From the human T2T-CHM13v2.0 reference genome, Homo sapiens, in the NCBI RefSeq assembly GCF_009914755.1, contig NC_060947.1: a stretch of 64,000 bases of DNA. One strand, given 5' to 3'. The notes beneath the pieces were generated by a model. That model saw only the letters and a list, made by a program, of their open reading frames with translations. It ran no database searches and was not told the origin of the DNA. The position numbers and the translations under genes are program-made. Below, piece after piece: positions 1 through 18,422 of the stretch. The stretch's first letter is position 1. Every line of letters begins with the position of its first letter.

Positions 1-87
1 GCGTGAACCCGGGAGGCGGAGCTTGCAGTGAGCCGAGATCCCGCCACTGCACTCCAGCCTGGGCGACAGAGCGAGACTCCGTCTCAA

Positions 88-111
<24 letters not shown>
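1..111 (+). mobile_element. Alu 3' end with pure poly(A) tail, probably AluYa5
   Basis: GCGTGAACCCGGGAGGCGGAGCTTGCAGTGAGCCGAGATCCCGCCACTGC with CpGs intact; GAGATCCCGCC instead of GAGATCGCGCC is the recalled Ya5 diagnostic; uninterrupted A-run 86-111. Confidence 0.9.
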
Positions 112-120
<9 letters not shown>

Positions 121-124
121 GAGT

Positions 125-345
125 TCACATTTCTTGAGTGCTCACTATGTGCAAGGTATAGTATTAAATGTTTTATATTCATAATTTCCCCTTATCACTA
201 CAATAATACTTACTGACAAGCATTATTATCTCCATTTTACAGCTGAGGAAGATAAGGTTTAAAGAGGTTAATTTCCCTACAGTCACAACTGCAGTAAAAT
301 ATATTGTTGGTATCTGAATATGAACTGACTTCAAGGTCCATGCTT
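125..345 (-). mobile_element. MIR SINE
   Basis: TCTCCATTTTACAGCTGAGGAA is the reverse complement of the MIR core; flanked by TTGAGTGCTCACTATGTGC. Confidence 0.75.
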
Positions 346-374
346 TTCTTCTGAGCTATGCTATTAATTAGGAA

Positions 375-620
375 GCACTGTATCAGTCTAGAAATGAATG
401 ATGATGAAGGCCTGAACCAAGATAGTGGCAGTGGAATGAAAGGAAAGGGAAAATGTGAGAAATATTGAAGGGATATAATTGGCAAGAAGACTTGGTTATT
501 GTGCAGATTTGGAAGGGGGAGAGCAAGGAAGAGTGAGGTGTCAGGAACTTCTTTCATGTTTTAGCTTGCCTAAATGAGTGGGTGGATGATGATGTTATTA
601 ACTTAAATTGAAAAAGAACA
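375..620 (-). mobile_element. L2 LINE fragment
   Basis: GATGATGAAGGCCTGAACCAAGATAGTGGCAGTGGAATG...GACTTGGT resembles the L2 3' region, antisense. Confidence 0.55.
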
Positions 621-1019
621 AATGGAAATAGCAATGTTGGAGATACAGGACAAAATGGGAATAATTGATGGAATGAAGTGATGGAGGAGATGGGAAACGG
701 TACAGGTGGATGGGTTACATCAGTTGCTTTTTCTGTAATGGGAGGAGAGAGGCTAAGATTATGTACAGATATAAATGAGCGTTGGGGAGGAAATAATATT
801 GAGAGATTTTAGACTCAATGACTTCTGCATTATCTCTGAAAAAAGGAAGTGAAAGCAGGAGGCAAAGAAGAGGAAGTGAACTTGAAAAGCACAGCATTAA
901 AAGTTTGAATTAACCACTGTGGGGAATGAAAGAGGGAACGGATCACCATTACCTAATAAAATTACAAAGCATTTTTTTTTCTTCACCATCATATGATACC
1001 CCTACTTTATTTTTTTTCT

Positions 1020-2760
1020 ATTTTTGAAATTAAAGTTATCATAAATCTTAAATGAGATAATTGATATCATTATTCATCCATAGGGTCAGCATTCTTTGTT
1101 TTGCAAAGTGGTGGGAACAAAGTACATTCTCATCAAAAGCATACAAGCTTTTGTTTGAATTTTCTTGTCTGGTTCTAATATAAAGGCTACATTGGCCTTG
1201 CAAAATAAATTAGGAGGGTTTTGCCTTTGGTATTTTATGGAAGACTTTGAGTAAGACTGAAATAATCTGTTTCTTGGCATTTATCTGGAAACTTGTTAGA
1301 GCCTGGTCCTGGTGTTTTCTTCATTGGAAGTTTTTTTTTAATGTTTTTGTTTTGTTTTACTATAAGCCAAATTTATTTAATAGATAGAGGGTTATTCAGG
1401 TTTTTGATTTCTCCTTGAGTCACTTCTGATAAATTATATTTTTCTAGAAATTTACTCATTCATTTAAGTTTTCAAATTTATTATAAAAAATTGTGCACTG
1501 TTTAATATCAACATCTATAGTTATCCTCTTTTCACTCCTAATATTGTTGCCCTTTCTCTCTCTCTTTTTTCCTTGATTAATTCCATTAGAAATTTTTCAT
1601 TTAAAAAAATTTTCAAAGAAACAACTTATATCTTTGTTGGTCTTTATTGTACATTTGTTTTCTAATTTATTAAATACTACTCTTCATTTTCCTTTGATTT
1701 AGTTATTTTTTTGAAGTTTTCGATATGAATAATTTAATTGTTATTTTCAACCTTTATTCTTTCATAATATACCACTTTAAGACTATAACATGTCTTCCAA
1801 ATACCACTTTAAGTGAATCCTGTCTGTTTGAATGCTTAATGTTGTTGTGATCATTTAGTTGTATTTTCTCATTTCCATTATAAAGTCTTCGTTGACCTAT
1901 GAGCTGTTTAGAATTTGTTTGTCTTTAGTTGCTGATAAATGAGTTTTTCTTGTTATATATCAAAATGTTTGTGATTTTTCACTTACTTATGGAATAGTCA
2001 AAGAATGTTGTTCATATGATAACATTCCTTTCAAATTTGTTGAAGCTATCCTCACAGCCTAGCTTGTGGTTAGTTTTCTTAAATGTGACTTGTATGCTTA
2101 CAAAAAATGTATAGTGTACACCTGTTGGGTACAATATCCTATTTATGTCCATTAGATCAAGCTTGTGAATTGTATGATTCAAATCTTCCACATCCCATTA
2201 ATTTTTAATATATTCAAATTGTCAATTACTGAAAGGCTCATTTTGAAAGCCCTCATAATGATGATATATTATTCAACTTCTCTCTGTAAATCTGTTATTG
2301 TTTTATGTTTTGGGAGCTATCTTACTTCATTAAAAGAAGTTTAGAATTGCTTTATTTTTCTGGAAAATTGAACCTTTCTTATTATGTAAAGACCATCTTT
2401 ATCTTTGGTACAAGGTTTTTTTTTGTTTTTTTTGTTCTTTTTAATTAAAGTCTGTTTTATCTGGTACTAATGTATCTATAGCCACTTTATTTGAGTTACA
2501 ATTGCATAGTATAACGTTTTCATCTATTAACATTAATATTTCTGTATACTCTATTAAAAGGTGTATAAATGGATATTTTTAAGAGTCCATGTAACAATCT
2601 TTGTCTTTTAGCTTGAGAGTTTAGTCCATTTACATTTATAGTACCTACTGAGTAATTGAATGTATATAAATTATCTTATGTATTCTCTATTTGTACTATT
2701 TTTTCTATTTCCTTTGTTTCTACTTGTAACATTTTGGATTGATTCATTTAAAAAATTAGT
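1020..2760 (-). mobile_element. Old L1M (L1MC/ME-type) ORF2 5' region
   Basis: T-rich antisense L1 text (TATAAAGGCTACATTGGCCTTGCAAAATAAATTAGG; CCATTTACATTTA); heavily diverged. Confidence 0.7.
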
Positions 2761-5544
2761 GGCTACTTAGTTATTTTAACATGTTTATTTCAGCCAAGCA
2801 AATTGTAAAATTGTCAGCATTGTTACCCTCCACCTAAACTACACGAAGACTTCAGAATGCTTCACTTGTCATTGTCACCCTTCCAATGCTACATAACTGC
2901 AGCAATAGTAAAAACACTTGTATTTTCTTTCTTACTTTATTGGAAATGTGTCTAGTGATTTTCTGCTAAAACTTGTGATACCCTTTATCAAACTATAAAA
3001 GTATCTTTGTATTCAAATAACCTAATTTTTATCACATACTTTTTTTGCTTCATTGAAATAGTAATGACTGCATGGACTGTTGAGAAAGGCTCTGAGGCTG
3101 ACTCTGGGCCTAGTTAGAAAAAGTGGAATATCTGACTATTGTGGCCTGCCATGGGCATTTGGGGGACAGAATGGCAGCATGTGTGCCATGTCACCTTGGA
3201 AAGCATAAGTGACAAAATGAAATGTAACACAGAGAAAGCATGGCTTGATTTTGGATGGGTAAGAGAGCAAAGATATGTGCAGAGTAGTAAGCCCTTTGGG
3301 GAGAATAAGAGGAATAGCCTTGTGGGCATCCTCAACAGCTAGGAGATTAACAAAGATACTAGATCATGGGGAAAGTAGGTAATGGGCAAGGTAGGTAATT
3401 TTCAAAGACAAATTATTTGTACTTGATTTTTTTCTTATGGCTACCCTTAAAAGGAAAAAATAAGTTGCACTTTTCTCTTGTGGCAGCTCCTACACCCCTT
3501 TCTCTCTACTCCTTAACAAGGAAATCAGCAAATCACCTGCCACTTCATATTATCTGTTTTATTGCTCCCTTCCATTAGTGTGGATGCTAGACACTTGGAT
3601 GTGGTGCATATTAGAAGTAATACAGGAGGATATTACATACACGCTAGTCAGCAGCCAAAATCACAATCTCATTTGCTAGTGAATTTGCAAATAACCAGTC
3701 TTTCAGGTACTTCTCTAATTTTCACCAAATGTTGCACTTTTGAAAGCTTCATTAATCTAGCCCCATTAGGATGGGTAGGGTGAATGAGTTTATGGCTGTA
3801 GAAGGTGAAGTAGCAGAATTTGCAGCTCTTAAGAACATTGCTACCATTCATTTATGATAATGGTGTCTAAGTGGCATTAAAATTCCCCTACAAAATATTA
3901 TTTGGAGTAAAAGAGCACCAAATACATGGTGAATTTGATAATAGAATACTTAAAACCCAACACATGCTTATTTACTGAAATTAATGGCTCTGAAATGACA
4001 AGCATGTGATTTAGTCTTAGAATCATGGTATGCATAGCTCTAGCATTGCAGGCAAGGGAGAAGCTAAAAGCAAATAAGTGGCATTCTAGAGGGAAAGAAA
4101 CCATATGTATTCAAAGGAGAAATATGATTGAAAAAGTCATTAGTACCATAAGGAATTTTCAGCCATAGTTGACCTTTTCCTGAAATGAGAATGCTTTATT
4201 TTATGGTGAGAAATATTCTGTTTAGAAAAAGCAAACATTGGTGTTTGGGGAAGAATATTTCGGGTAGCCACTTTGAGTCAAGATGAGGTTTGATGACCCA
4301 GAACCATAACCCGTGGGCTTGGATTTTTGTTTATGATCAATAGATATAACATCAAAGAGATGTTCATTGCAAATATCTTATCATTTTTGTCCTTCATTTT
4401 CATTTCATTTTGTCCTTCCTTTGATTCACCATTTGTCTTCAGTTTTGTCTGCCCTGCTGCTAGAAATGACTGCTGGGGAAATAAAGCATGAAATAGGTAA
4501 CCTCATGTGGGCCAAGAATTTTTCTTTTCCTTGATAGGTCCATTTTTATATATCAATTTGTACAGGTGCATCCTGTGACCAAAGGCTAAAAGAGTAGTAC
4601 ATACTGTCTAGAGCAATAGATTTTATGAAGGGAGCATTTTGCATACAAACCAATACAACTGGCAGATTTAATCAAGTTTTCTATGTGATTAGGCTTTGAA
4701 AGCTGTAGCCGGTTCCGATAGTAAAGAAATACTGTTTGGAAACAAATTACTACTCTTGTCTTTATGACATGTATCAATTTACACACAAGCTGCATAAATC
4801 ACTTTTTATATTTTTCTATAATGGAAAAATACTGCAGGGCATTTTAATAACCAATAAATTATATGTTTAATGAACCAGACCAAAATATAAATGGTATGAG
4901 TCAAATACCCCTAAGAGTGAGGACTGGATATTGACTTGATAGAAATTCTGGTCACATAGACTATAGACTGTTAGATCCACCACAGTTCAAGAGAGTCAGT
5001 GCTTATACTTCATCTATGATCATCCACGTGAAAATTCTTCTTGGGACTTTATAACTTATTTTCATACCTCACCTATCTACTGCTTATATTATGCTCCAGA
5101 GAAATCAGGAGTGAAAATAGACAGTTTTACCTTTGACCTTTTATAAGTATTACTCCAATAATTTATACAGTAACTCTATTGCGCCTGGTGAATTAGAGAA
5201 AGCTTTTCTCAATCACTTATGTAAAGCAACTACACACATTTGACATCACATTTGAAACATGTGAGAGTCCACTGATAAAGGGATGTAGTCACAGAACCAA
5301 CAAAATACCCTTTTAGTTTTCAGACACATGAACGGAGACCCTAACAAGGTGAGAGAAATTGGATGAGAGAAACACATGAAACTTGAGTTGTTGCAATAGG
5401 AGTTTCCAAGTAAATACGGGATACTTCATTGCTTCCTAATCTTCTCATATTTAGGATCACATATGTCCATGCATTAAAACAATAGAGAAGTAAGTATATG
5501 TTACCTAACATGTATTGATGTTATTTTTGTTTCTTATTAAAGAA

Positions 5545-5722
5545 CAGTGAGGCGGTATAGTTTTAAAGAAAACTGGGTGGGAAGACAAAGGACATGGGGT
5601 TTGCAAACCCCTAATGAAGGTGCCATTAACTAACTAGCTGTAAAATTCTGGCCAAATCACTTCTCTTGAGCTTCCATTTTCTCATGTATAAAATGAGGGA
5701 GTCAGATAAGATGATTACTAAG
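5545..5722 (+). mobile_element. MIR SINE
   Basis: ACTAGCTGTAAAATTCTGGCCAAATCACTT...TTTTCTCATGTATAAAATGAG. Confidence 0.6.
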
Positions 5723-5992
5723 TTTTTTTTTTTTCTTATCTATTTGGTATTGTTAAAGGCCTCAGAGTTTGCATATGAAATTTAGTAAAGTTGTATCCTG
5801 TTGTATAAAATAGTCATATTACTGAAACATTGTGTATTTTAATTTCTTTCTTTACTTTGTGGGGAGGGAGCCAATTGTATTCTGAGCACAATGGAGAATA
5901 CTGTTACTTAAAGGAAACCTGTGATGATTGTTTTTAGTATATGTGCTGTGGAAGCCAGCACTCTGTGATGATTCTTTGTAAAGCAAATAAAC

Positions 5993-6007
5993 CTTTGTAA
6001 TGCAAAT
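5993..6007 (+). promoter_or_regulatory. SOX-OCT composite motif CTTTGTAATGCAAAT
   Basis: SOX half-site CTTTGT + 1 nt + octamer ATGCAAAT; degenerate copy CTTTGTAAAGCAAAT at 5974-5988. Motif match only. Confidence 0.45.
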
Positions 6008-6108
6008 GTTTATATTCTAATGGTTCTATTTTCAAGTTTCCATTTTAATATATCAAGCTCATTTGCTCCAAAGTACAACTAAACTTTACATATTAATGAA
6101 AATTCACA

Positions 6109-6110
<2 letters not shown>

Positions 6111-6141
<31 letters not shown>
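6111..6141. repeat. (TA)n microsatellite
   Basis: Direct reading. Confidence 0.95.
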
Positions 6142-6145
<4 letters not shown>

Positions 6146-6246
6146 CATTTTTAGCCTAGAGGAAAAATTTTCTTCCTCTTCTGTATTCTTAAATATTTAC
6201 TGACAGTGCCACTTATTTAGCTATATGCTCTAAAAATAATTGTCAT

Positions 6247-6386
6247 GTATTGGTTAGGAACTCAGTCTCTGGAGTAAGACAGCTTGGGTTTTAAGTCTGG
6301 TTCTGTTGCTTACTAGCTGGGCAGCTTTGACCAAAATGCTCCGTGTTACCAAGCCTGTTTCCTCATCTGTAAAAATAACATAACAG
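6247..6386 (+). mobile_element. MIR 5' half, split by the L1PA7-like element
   Basis: TGGTTAGGAAC...CTCTGGAG...CTTACTAGCTG...TTTCCTCATCTGTAAAA; continues at ~19428. Confidence 0.8.
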
Positions 6387-6398
6387 GAGTAGGGCTCG

Positions 6399-6408
6399 CA
6401 AGATGGCC
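6399..6408 (+). promoter_or_regulatory. YY1 site of L1 internal promoter (outer L1)
   Basis: CAAGATGGCC at the L1 5' terminus. Confidence 0.75.
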
Positions 6409-6803
6409 GATAAGAACAGCTCTGGTCTGCAGCTCCCAGCGAGATCAATGCAGAAGGTGGGTGATTTCTGCATTTCCAACTGAGGTACCCGGATCATCTC
6501 ATTGGGTCTGGTTAGACAGTGGGTGCAGCCCACGGAGAGCAAGCCGAAGGAGGGTGGGGCATTGCCTCACCTGGGAAGCACAAGGGATCAGGGAGCTCCC
6601 TTCCCTAGCCAATGGAAGCCATGAGGGACTGTGCCATGAGGAATGGTGCAATCCAGCCCAGATACTATGCTTTTGCCACGGTCCTCGCAACCCACAGACC
6701 AGGAGATTCCCTCTGCTGGCTACACCCCCCAGGGCCCTGGGTTTGAAGCACAAAACTGAGTGACCATTTGGGCAGACACTGAACTAGCTGCAGGAGTTTT
6801 TTT

Positions 6804-7022
6804 TCATACCCCAGTGGTGCTTGGAACACCAGCGAGACAGAACCATTTACTCCCCTGGAAAGGGGGCTGAAGCCAGGGAGCCAAGTGGTCTAGCTCAGCG
6901 GATCCCACCCCTATGGAGTCCAGCAAGCTAGGATCCACTGGCTTGAAATTCTTGCTGCCAGCATTGCAGTCTAAAGATGACCTGGGACGCTTGAGCTTGG
7001 TGGGGTGAGGGGCGTCCGCCAT
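6804..7022 (-). CDS. L1 antisense ORF0 homologue (72 aa; C-terminal part of a 310-codon open frame starting at 7736); translation unproven
   Basis: MADAPHPTKL...DC...DSIGVGSAE resembles recalled L1HS ORF0 (MAGAPPPASL...DC...DSVGVGPSE) at the equivalent antisense 5'UTR position. Confidence 0.45.
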   Translation of the reverse strand: MADAPHPTKLKRPRSSLDCNAGSKNFKPVDPSLLDSIGVGSAELDHLAPWLQPPFQGSKWFCLAGVPSTTGV

Positions 7023-7718
7023 GACTGAGGCTTGCATAGGCGGTTTTCCCCTCGTAGTGTAAACAGAGCCGCCTTGAAGTTCAAACTGGGCTGAGCCCAC
7101 CGCAGCTTGACAAAGCCACTGTAGCCTCTCTAGATTCCTCCTCTCTGGGCAGGGCATCTCAGAAAGAAAGGCAGCAGCCGCAGTCAGGGGTTTATAGATA
7201 AAACTCCCCTCTCCCTGGGACAGAGCACTTGGGGGAAGGGGTGGCTGTGGGTGCAGCTTCCGCAGACTTAAATGCTCCTGCCTGCTGGCTCTGAAGAGAG
7301 AAGCAGATCTCCCAGCACAGTGCTCAAGCTCTGCTAAGGGACACTCTGCCTCCTCAAGTGGGTCCCTGACCCCTGTGCTTCCTGACTGGGAGACACCTTC
7401 CAGCAGGGTTGGACAGACACCTCGTACAGGACAGCGTCGGCTGGCATCTGGAGGGTGCCCCTCTGTGATGAAGCTTCCAGACGAAGGAACAGGCAGCAAT
7501 CTTTGCTGTTCTGCAGCCTCTGCTGGTGATACCCAGGCAAATAGGGTCTGGAGTGGGCCTCCAGCACACTCTAGCAGACCTGTAGCAGACAGGCCTGTTA
7601 GAAGGAAAACTAACAAACAGAAAGAAATTGCATCAGCATCACCAAAAAGGACATCCACACAGAAACCCCATCCAAAGGTCACCAACATGAAAGACCAAAG
7701 GTAGAAAAATCCACGGAG

Positions 7719-9028
<1,310 letters not shown>

Positions 9029-10847
9029 AGACCATCAACACTATGAAGAAACTACATCAACTAATGGGCAAAATAACCAGCCAGCACCATAATGACAGGA
9101 TCAAACACACATAACAATATTAAACTTAAATGTAAATGGGCCAAATGCCCCAATTAAAAGACAGAGACTGGCAAATTGAATAAAGAGTCAAGACTCATCA
9201 GTGTGCGGTATTCAGGAGACCCATCCGATGTGCAAAGACACACATAGACTCAAAATAAAGGGATGGAGGAATATTTACCAAGCAAATGGAAAGCAAAAAA
9301 AGCAGGGGTTGCAATCCTAGTCTCTGATAAAACAGACTTTAAACCAACAAAGATCAAAAAAGACAAAGAAGGGCATTACATAATGGTAAAGGGATCAATG
9401 CAACAAGAAGAGCTAACTATCCTAAATATATATGCACCCAATACAGGAGAACCCAGATTCATAAAGCAAGTCCTTAGGAACATATAAAGAGACTTAGACT
9501 CCCACACAATAATAGTGGGAGACTTTAACACCCCACTGTCAATATTAGACAGATCAACGAGACAGAAAATTAACAAGGATATTCAGGACTGGAACTCAGC
9601 TCTGGACCAAGCGGACCTAATAGACATCTACAGACCTCTCCACTCCAAATCAATAGAATATACATTCTTCTCAGCACCACTTCACACTTATTCTAAAAAT
9701 GACCACATAATTCAAAGTAAAACACTCCTCAGCAAATGCAAAAGAATGGAAGTCATAACAAACAGTCTCTCAGACCACAATGCAATCAAATTAGAACTCA
9801 GGATTAAGAAACTCACTCAAAACTGCATAACTACGTGGAGACTGAACAACTTGTGCCTGTATGACTACTGGGTAAATAATGAAATTAAGGCAGAAGTAAA
9901 TAAGTTCTTTAAAACCAATGAGAACAAAGATACAACCTATCACAATCTGTGGAACACAGCTAAAGAAGTGTTTAGAGGGAAATTAATAGTACTAAATGTC
10001 CACAGGAGAAAGCAAGAAAGATCTAAAATTGACAGCATAACATCACAATTAAAAGAACTAGAGAAGCAACAGCAAACAAATTCAAAAGCTAGCAGAAGAC
10101 AAGAAATAACTAAGATCAGAGCAGAACTGAAGGAGATACAGACGCAAAAAGCCCTGCAAAAAATCAGTGAATCCAGGAGCTGGTTTTTTGAAAAGATCAA
10201 CGAAAGTGATAGACCGCTAGCAAGACTAATAAAGAGGAAAAGAGAGAAGACTCAAATAGACGCTATAAAAAATGATAAATAGGATATCACCACCAATCTC
10301 ACAGAAATACAAACTACCATCAGAGAATACTATAAACACCTCTATGCAAATAAACTAGAAAATCTAGAAGAAATGGATAAATTCCTGGACACATACACCC
10401 TCCCAGGATTAAACCAGGAAGAAGCTAAATCCCTGAATAGACCAATAACAAGTTCTGAAATTGAGGCAGTAAGTAATAGCCTACCACCCAAAAAAAGCCC
10501 CAGATCAGACAGATTCACAGCCAAATTCTACCAAAGGTACAAAGAAGAGCTGGTACCACTCCTTCTGAAACTATTCCAAACAATAGAAAAAGAGGGACTT
10601 CTCCTTAACTCATTTTATGAGGCCAGCATCATCCTGATAGCAAAACCTGGCAGAGACACAACAAAAAAAGAAAATGTCAGACCAATATCCCTGATGAACA
10701 TCAATGCAAAAATCATCAATAAAATACTGGCAATCCAAATCCAGCAGTGTATCAAAAAGCTTATCCACCACAATCAAGTTGGCTTCATCGCTGGGATGCA
10801 AGGCTAGTTCAACATATGCAAATCAATAAACATAACCCATCACATAA

Positions 10848-11084
<237 letters not shown>

Positions 11085-12484
11085 TAGTGTTGGAAGTTCT
11101 GGCCAGGGCAATCAGGCAAGAGAAAGAAATAAAGGGTATTCAAATAGGAAGAGAGGAACTCAAATTGCCTCTGTTTGTAGATTACATGATTGTATATTTA
11201 GAAAACCCCATTGTCTCAGCCCCAAATCTCCTTAAGCTGATAAGCAACTTCAGCAAAGTTTCAGGATACAAAATCAATGTGCAAAAATCACAAGCATTCT
11301 TATACACCAATAACAGACAAACAGAGAGCCAAATCATGAGTGAACTCCCATTCACAACTGCTTCAAAGACAATAAAATACCTAGGAATACAACTTACAAG
11401 GGATGTGAAGGAGCTCTTCAAGAGGAACTACAAACCACTATTCAACGAAATAAGAAAGGGCACAAACAAATGGAAAAACATTGCATGCATGGATAGGAAG
11501 AATCAATATTGTGAAAATGGCCATATTGCCCAAAGTAATTTATAGATTCAATGCTATCCCCATCAAGCTACCATTGACCTTCTTACCAGAAATGGAAAAA
11601 AATTTCATATGGAAACAAAAAAGAGCCCATATAGCCAAGACTGGAATAAACGAAGACTGGACTTGACTAAGCAAGAATAAGCAAAAAGAACAAAACTGGA
11701 GGCATCATGCTACCTGACTTCAAACTATACTATGAGTCTACAGTAACCAAAACAGCATGGTATTGGTACAAAAACAGATATATAGACCAATGGAACAGAA
11801 CAGAGGCCTCAGAAATAACACCACACATGTAAAACCATCTGATCTTTAACAAGCCTGACAAAAACAAGCAATGGGGAAAGAATTTCCTATTTAATAAATG
11901 GTGCTGGGACAACTGGCTAGCCACAAGCAGAAAACTGAAACTGGACCCCTTCCTTACATCTTATACAAAAATTAACTCAAGATAGATTAAGGACTTAAAT
12001 GTAAGACCTAAAACCATAAAAACCCTAGAAGAAAACCTAGGCAATACCATTCAGGACATAGGTATGGGCAAAGACTTCATGACTAAAATACCAAAAGCAA
12101 TGGCAACAAAAGCCAAAATTGACAAATGGGATCTAATCAAACTGAAGAGCTTCTGCACAGCAAAAGAAACTATCATCAGAGTGAACAGACAACCTTCAGA
12201 ATGGGAGAAAAATTTTGCAATCTATCCATCTGTCAAAGGGCTAATATCCAGAATCTACAAAGAACTTAAACAGATTTACAAGAAAAAAACAACCCTATTA
12301 AAAAGTGGGCAAAGGATATGATCAGACACTTCTCAAAAGAAGACATTTATGCAGCCAACAGACGTATAAACAAAAGCTCATCATCACTGGTCATTAGAGA
12401 AATGCAAATCCAAACCACAATGAGATACCATCTCACGCCAGTTAGAATGGCGATCATTAAAAAGCCAGGAAACAGAGTTGGGTC

Positions 12485-12494
12485 CAAGATGGCC
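12485..12494 (+). promoter_or_regulatory. YY1 site of L1 internal promoter (inner L1)
   Basis: CAAGATGGCC. Confidence 0.75.
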
Positions 12495-13509
12495 AAGTAG
12501 GAACAGCTCCAGTCTGCAGCTCCCAGCATGATCGACACAGAAGATGGGTGATTTCTGTATTTCCAAATGAGGTACCTGGTTCATCTCATTAGGACTGATT
12601 GGACAGTGGGTGCCGCTCATGGAGGGCGAGCCGAAGCAGGGCGGGGCATTGCCTCACCCAGGAAGCACAAGGGGTCAGAATATTTCCCTTTCCTAGCCAA
12701 GGGAAGCTGTGACAGAGTACCTGGAAAATCGGGATGCTCCCGCCCAAATACTGTGCTTTTCCAAAGGTCTTAGCAAGCGGCAGACAAAGTGATTCTCTCC
12801 CATGCCTAGCTAGGCAGCTTCCACGCCCACGGAGCCTTGCTCATTGCTAGCGCAGCAGTCTGAGATTGATCTGCGAGATGGCAACCTGGCTGGGGGAGGG
12901 GTGTCTGCCATTGCTGAGGCTTGAGTAGGTAAACAAAGCAGCCGGGAAGCTTGAACTGGGCAGAGCCCACCACAGCTCAACAAGGCCTACTGCCTTGAGA
13001 CTCCACCTCTGTGGGTAGGGCATAACTGAACAAAAGGCAGCAGACAACTTCTGCAGACTTAAACGTCCCTGTCTGACAGCTCTGAAGAGAGCAGTGGTTC
13101 TCCCAGCACAGCATTTGAGCTCTGAGAGTGGACAGACTACCTCCTCAAGTGGGTCCCTGAACCCCGTGTAGCCTAATTGGGAGACATCTCCCAGTAGGGG
13201 CCGAGAGACACCTCATATAGGTGGCTGCCCCTCTGGAACAAAGCTTCCAGAGGAAGGATCAGGCAGCAATATTTGCTGTTCTGCAATATTTGCTTTTCTG
13301 CAGCCTCCGTTGGTGAAACCCAGGCAAACAAGGTCTGGAGTGGAACTCCAGCAAACTCCAACAGACCTGTAACTGAGGGACCTCATTGTTAGAAGGAAAA
13401 CTAACAAACAGAAAGGAATAGCATCAACATCAACAAAAAGGTCATCTACGACAAAACCCCATCTGTAGGTCATCAACGTCAAAGACCAAAGGTAGATAAA
13501 ACCACAAAG

Positions 13510-14535
13510 ATGGGGAGAAATGAGAGCAGAAAAACTGAACATTCTAAAAATCAGAGTGCCTCTTCTCTTCCAAAGGATCGCAGGTCCTCACCAGCAACAG
13601 AACAAAGCTGGATGGAGAATGACTTTGACGAGTTGACAGAAGCAGGCTTCAGAAGGTCGGTAATAACAAACTTCTCTGAGCTAAAGAAGGATGTTCGAAC
13701 CCATTACAAGGAAGCTAAAAACCTTGAAAAAAGATTAGATGAATGGCTAACTAGAATAAACAGTGTAGAGAAGACATTAAATGACCTGATGGAGCTGAAA
13801 ACCATGGCACAAGAACTTCATGATGCATACACAAGCTTCAATAGCCAATTTGATCAAGTGGAAGAAAGGGTATCAGTGATTGAAGATCAAATTAATGAAA
13901 TAAAGAGAGAAAACAAGGTTAGAGAAAAAAGAGTAAAAAGAAACGAACAAAGCCTCCAAGAAATATGGGACTATGTGAAAAGACCAAATTTATGTCTGAT
14001 TGGTGTACCTGAAAGTGATGGGGAGAATGGAACCAAGTTGGAAAGCACTCTTCAGGATATTATCCAGGAGAACTTCCCCAACCTAGCAAGACAGGCCAAC
14101 ATTCAAATTCAGGAAATACAGAGAACACCACAAAGATACTCCTCGAGAAGAGCAACCCCAAGACACATAATTGTCAGATTCACCAAGGTTGAAATGAAAG
14201 AAAAAGTGTTAAGGGCAGCCAGAGAGAAAGGCTGAGTTACCCACAAAGGGAAGTCCATCAGACTAACAGCGGATCTTTCTGCAGAAACCCCACAAGCCAG
14301 AAGAGAGTGGGGGCCAATATTCAACATTTTTAAAGAAAAGAATTTTCAACCCAGAATTTCATATCCAGCCAAACTAAGCTTCATAAGTGAAGGAGAAATA
14401 AAATCCTTTACAGACAAGCAAATGCTGAGAGATTTTGTCACCACCAGGCCTGCCTTACAAGAGCTCCTGAAGGAAGCACTAAACATGGAAAGAAACAACT
14501 GGTACCAGCCACTCTAAAAACAGGCCAAATTGTAA
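13510..14535 (+). pseudogene. L1 ORF1 remnant (inner L1); 241 codons open, then premature TGA
   Basis: MGRNESRK...coiled coil...EIWDYVKRPNL...RAAREKG*. Confidence 0.92.
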
Positions 14536-14598
14536 AGACCATCGATGCTATGAGGAAACTGCATCAATTAACGGGCAAAATAATAAGCGAACATCATA

Positions 14599-18422
<3,824 letters not shown>

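Noticed and set aside
5919-5975. Two GTGATGA box-C-like motifs (snoRNA?)
   Set aside because: No suitably placed CTGA box D or terminal stem.
13265-13302. Tandem GCAATATTTGCTGTTCT duplication in the inner 5'UTR
   Set aside because: Recalled as a normal feature of L1PA5/6 5'UTRs, not locus-specific.
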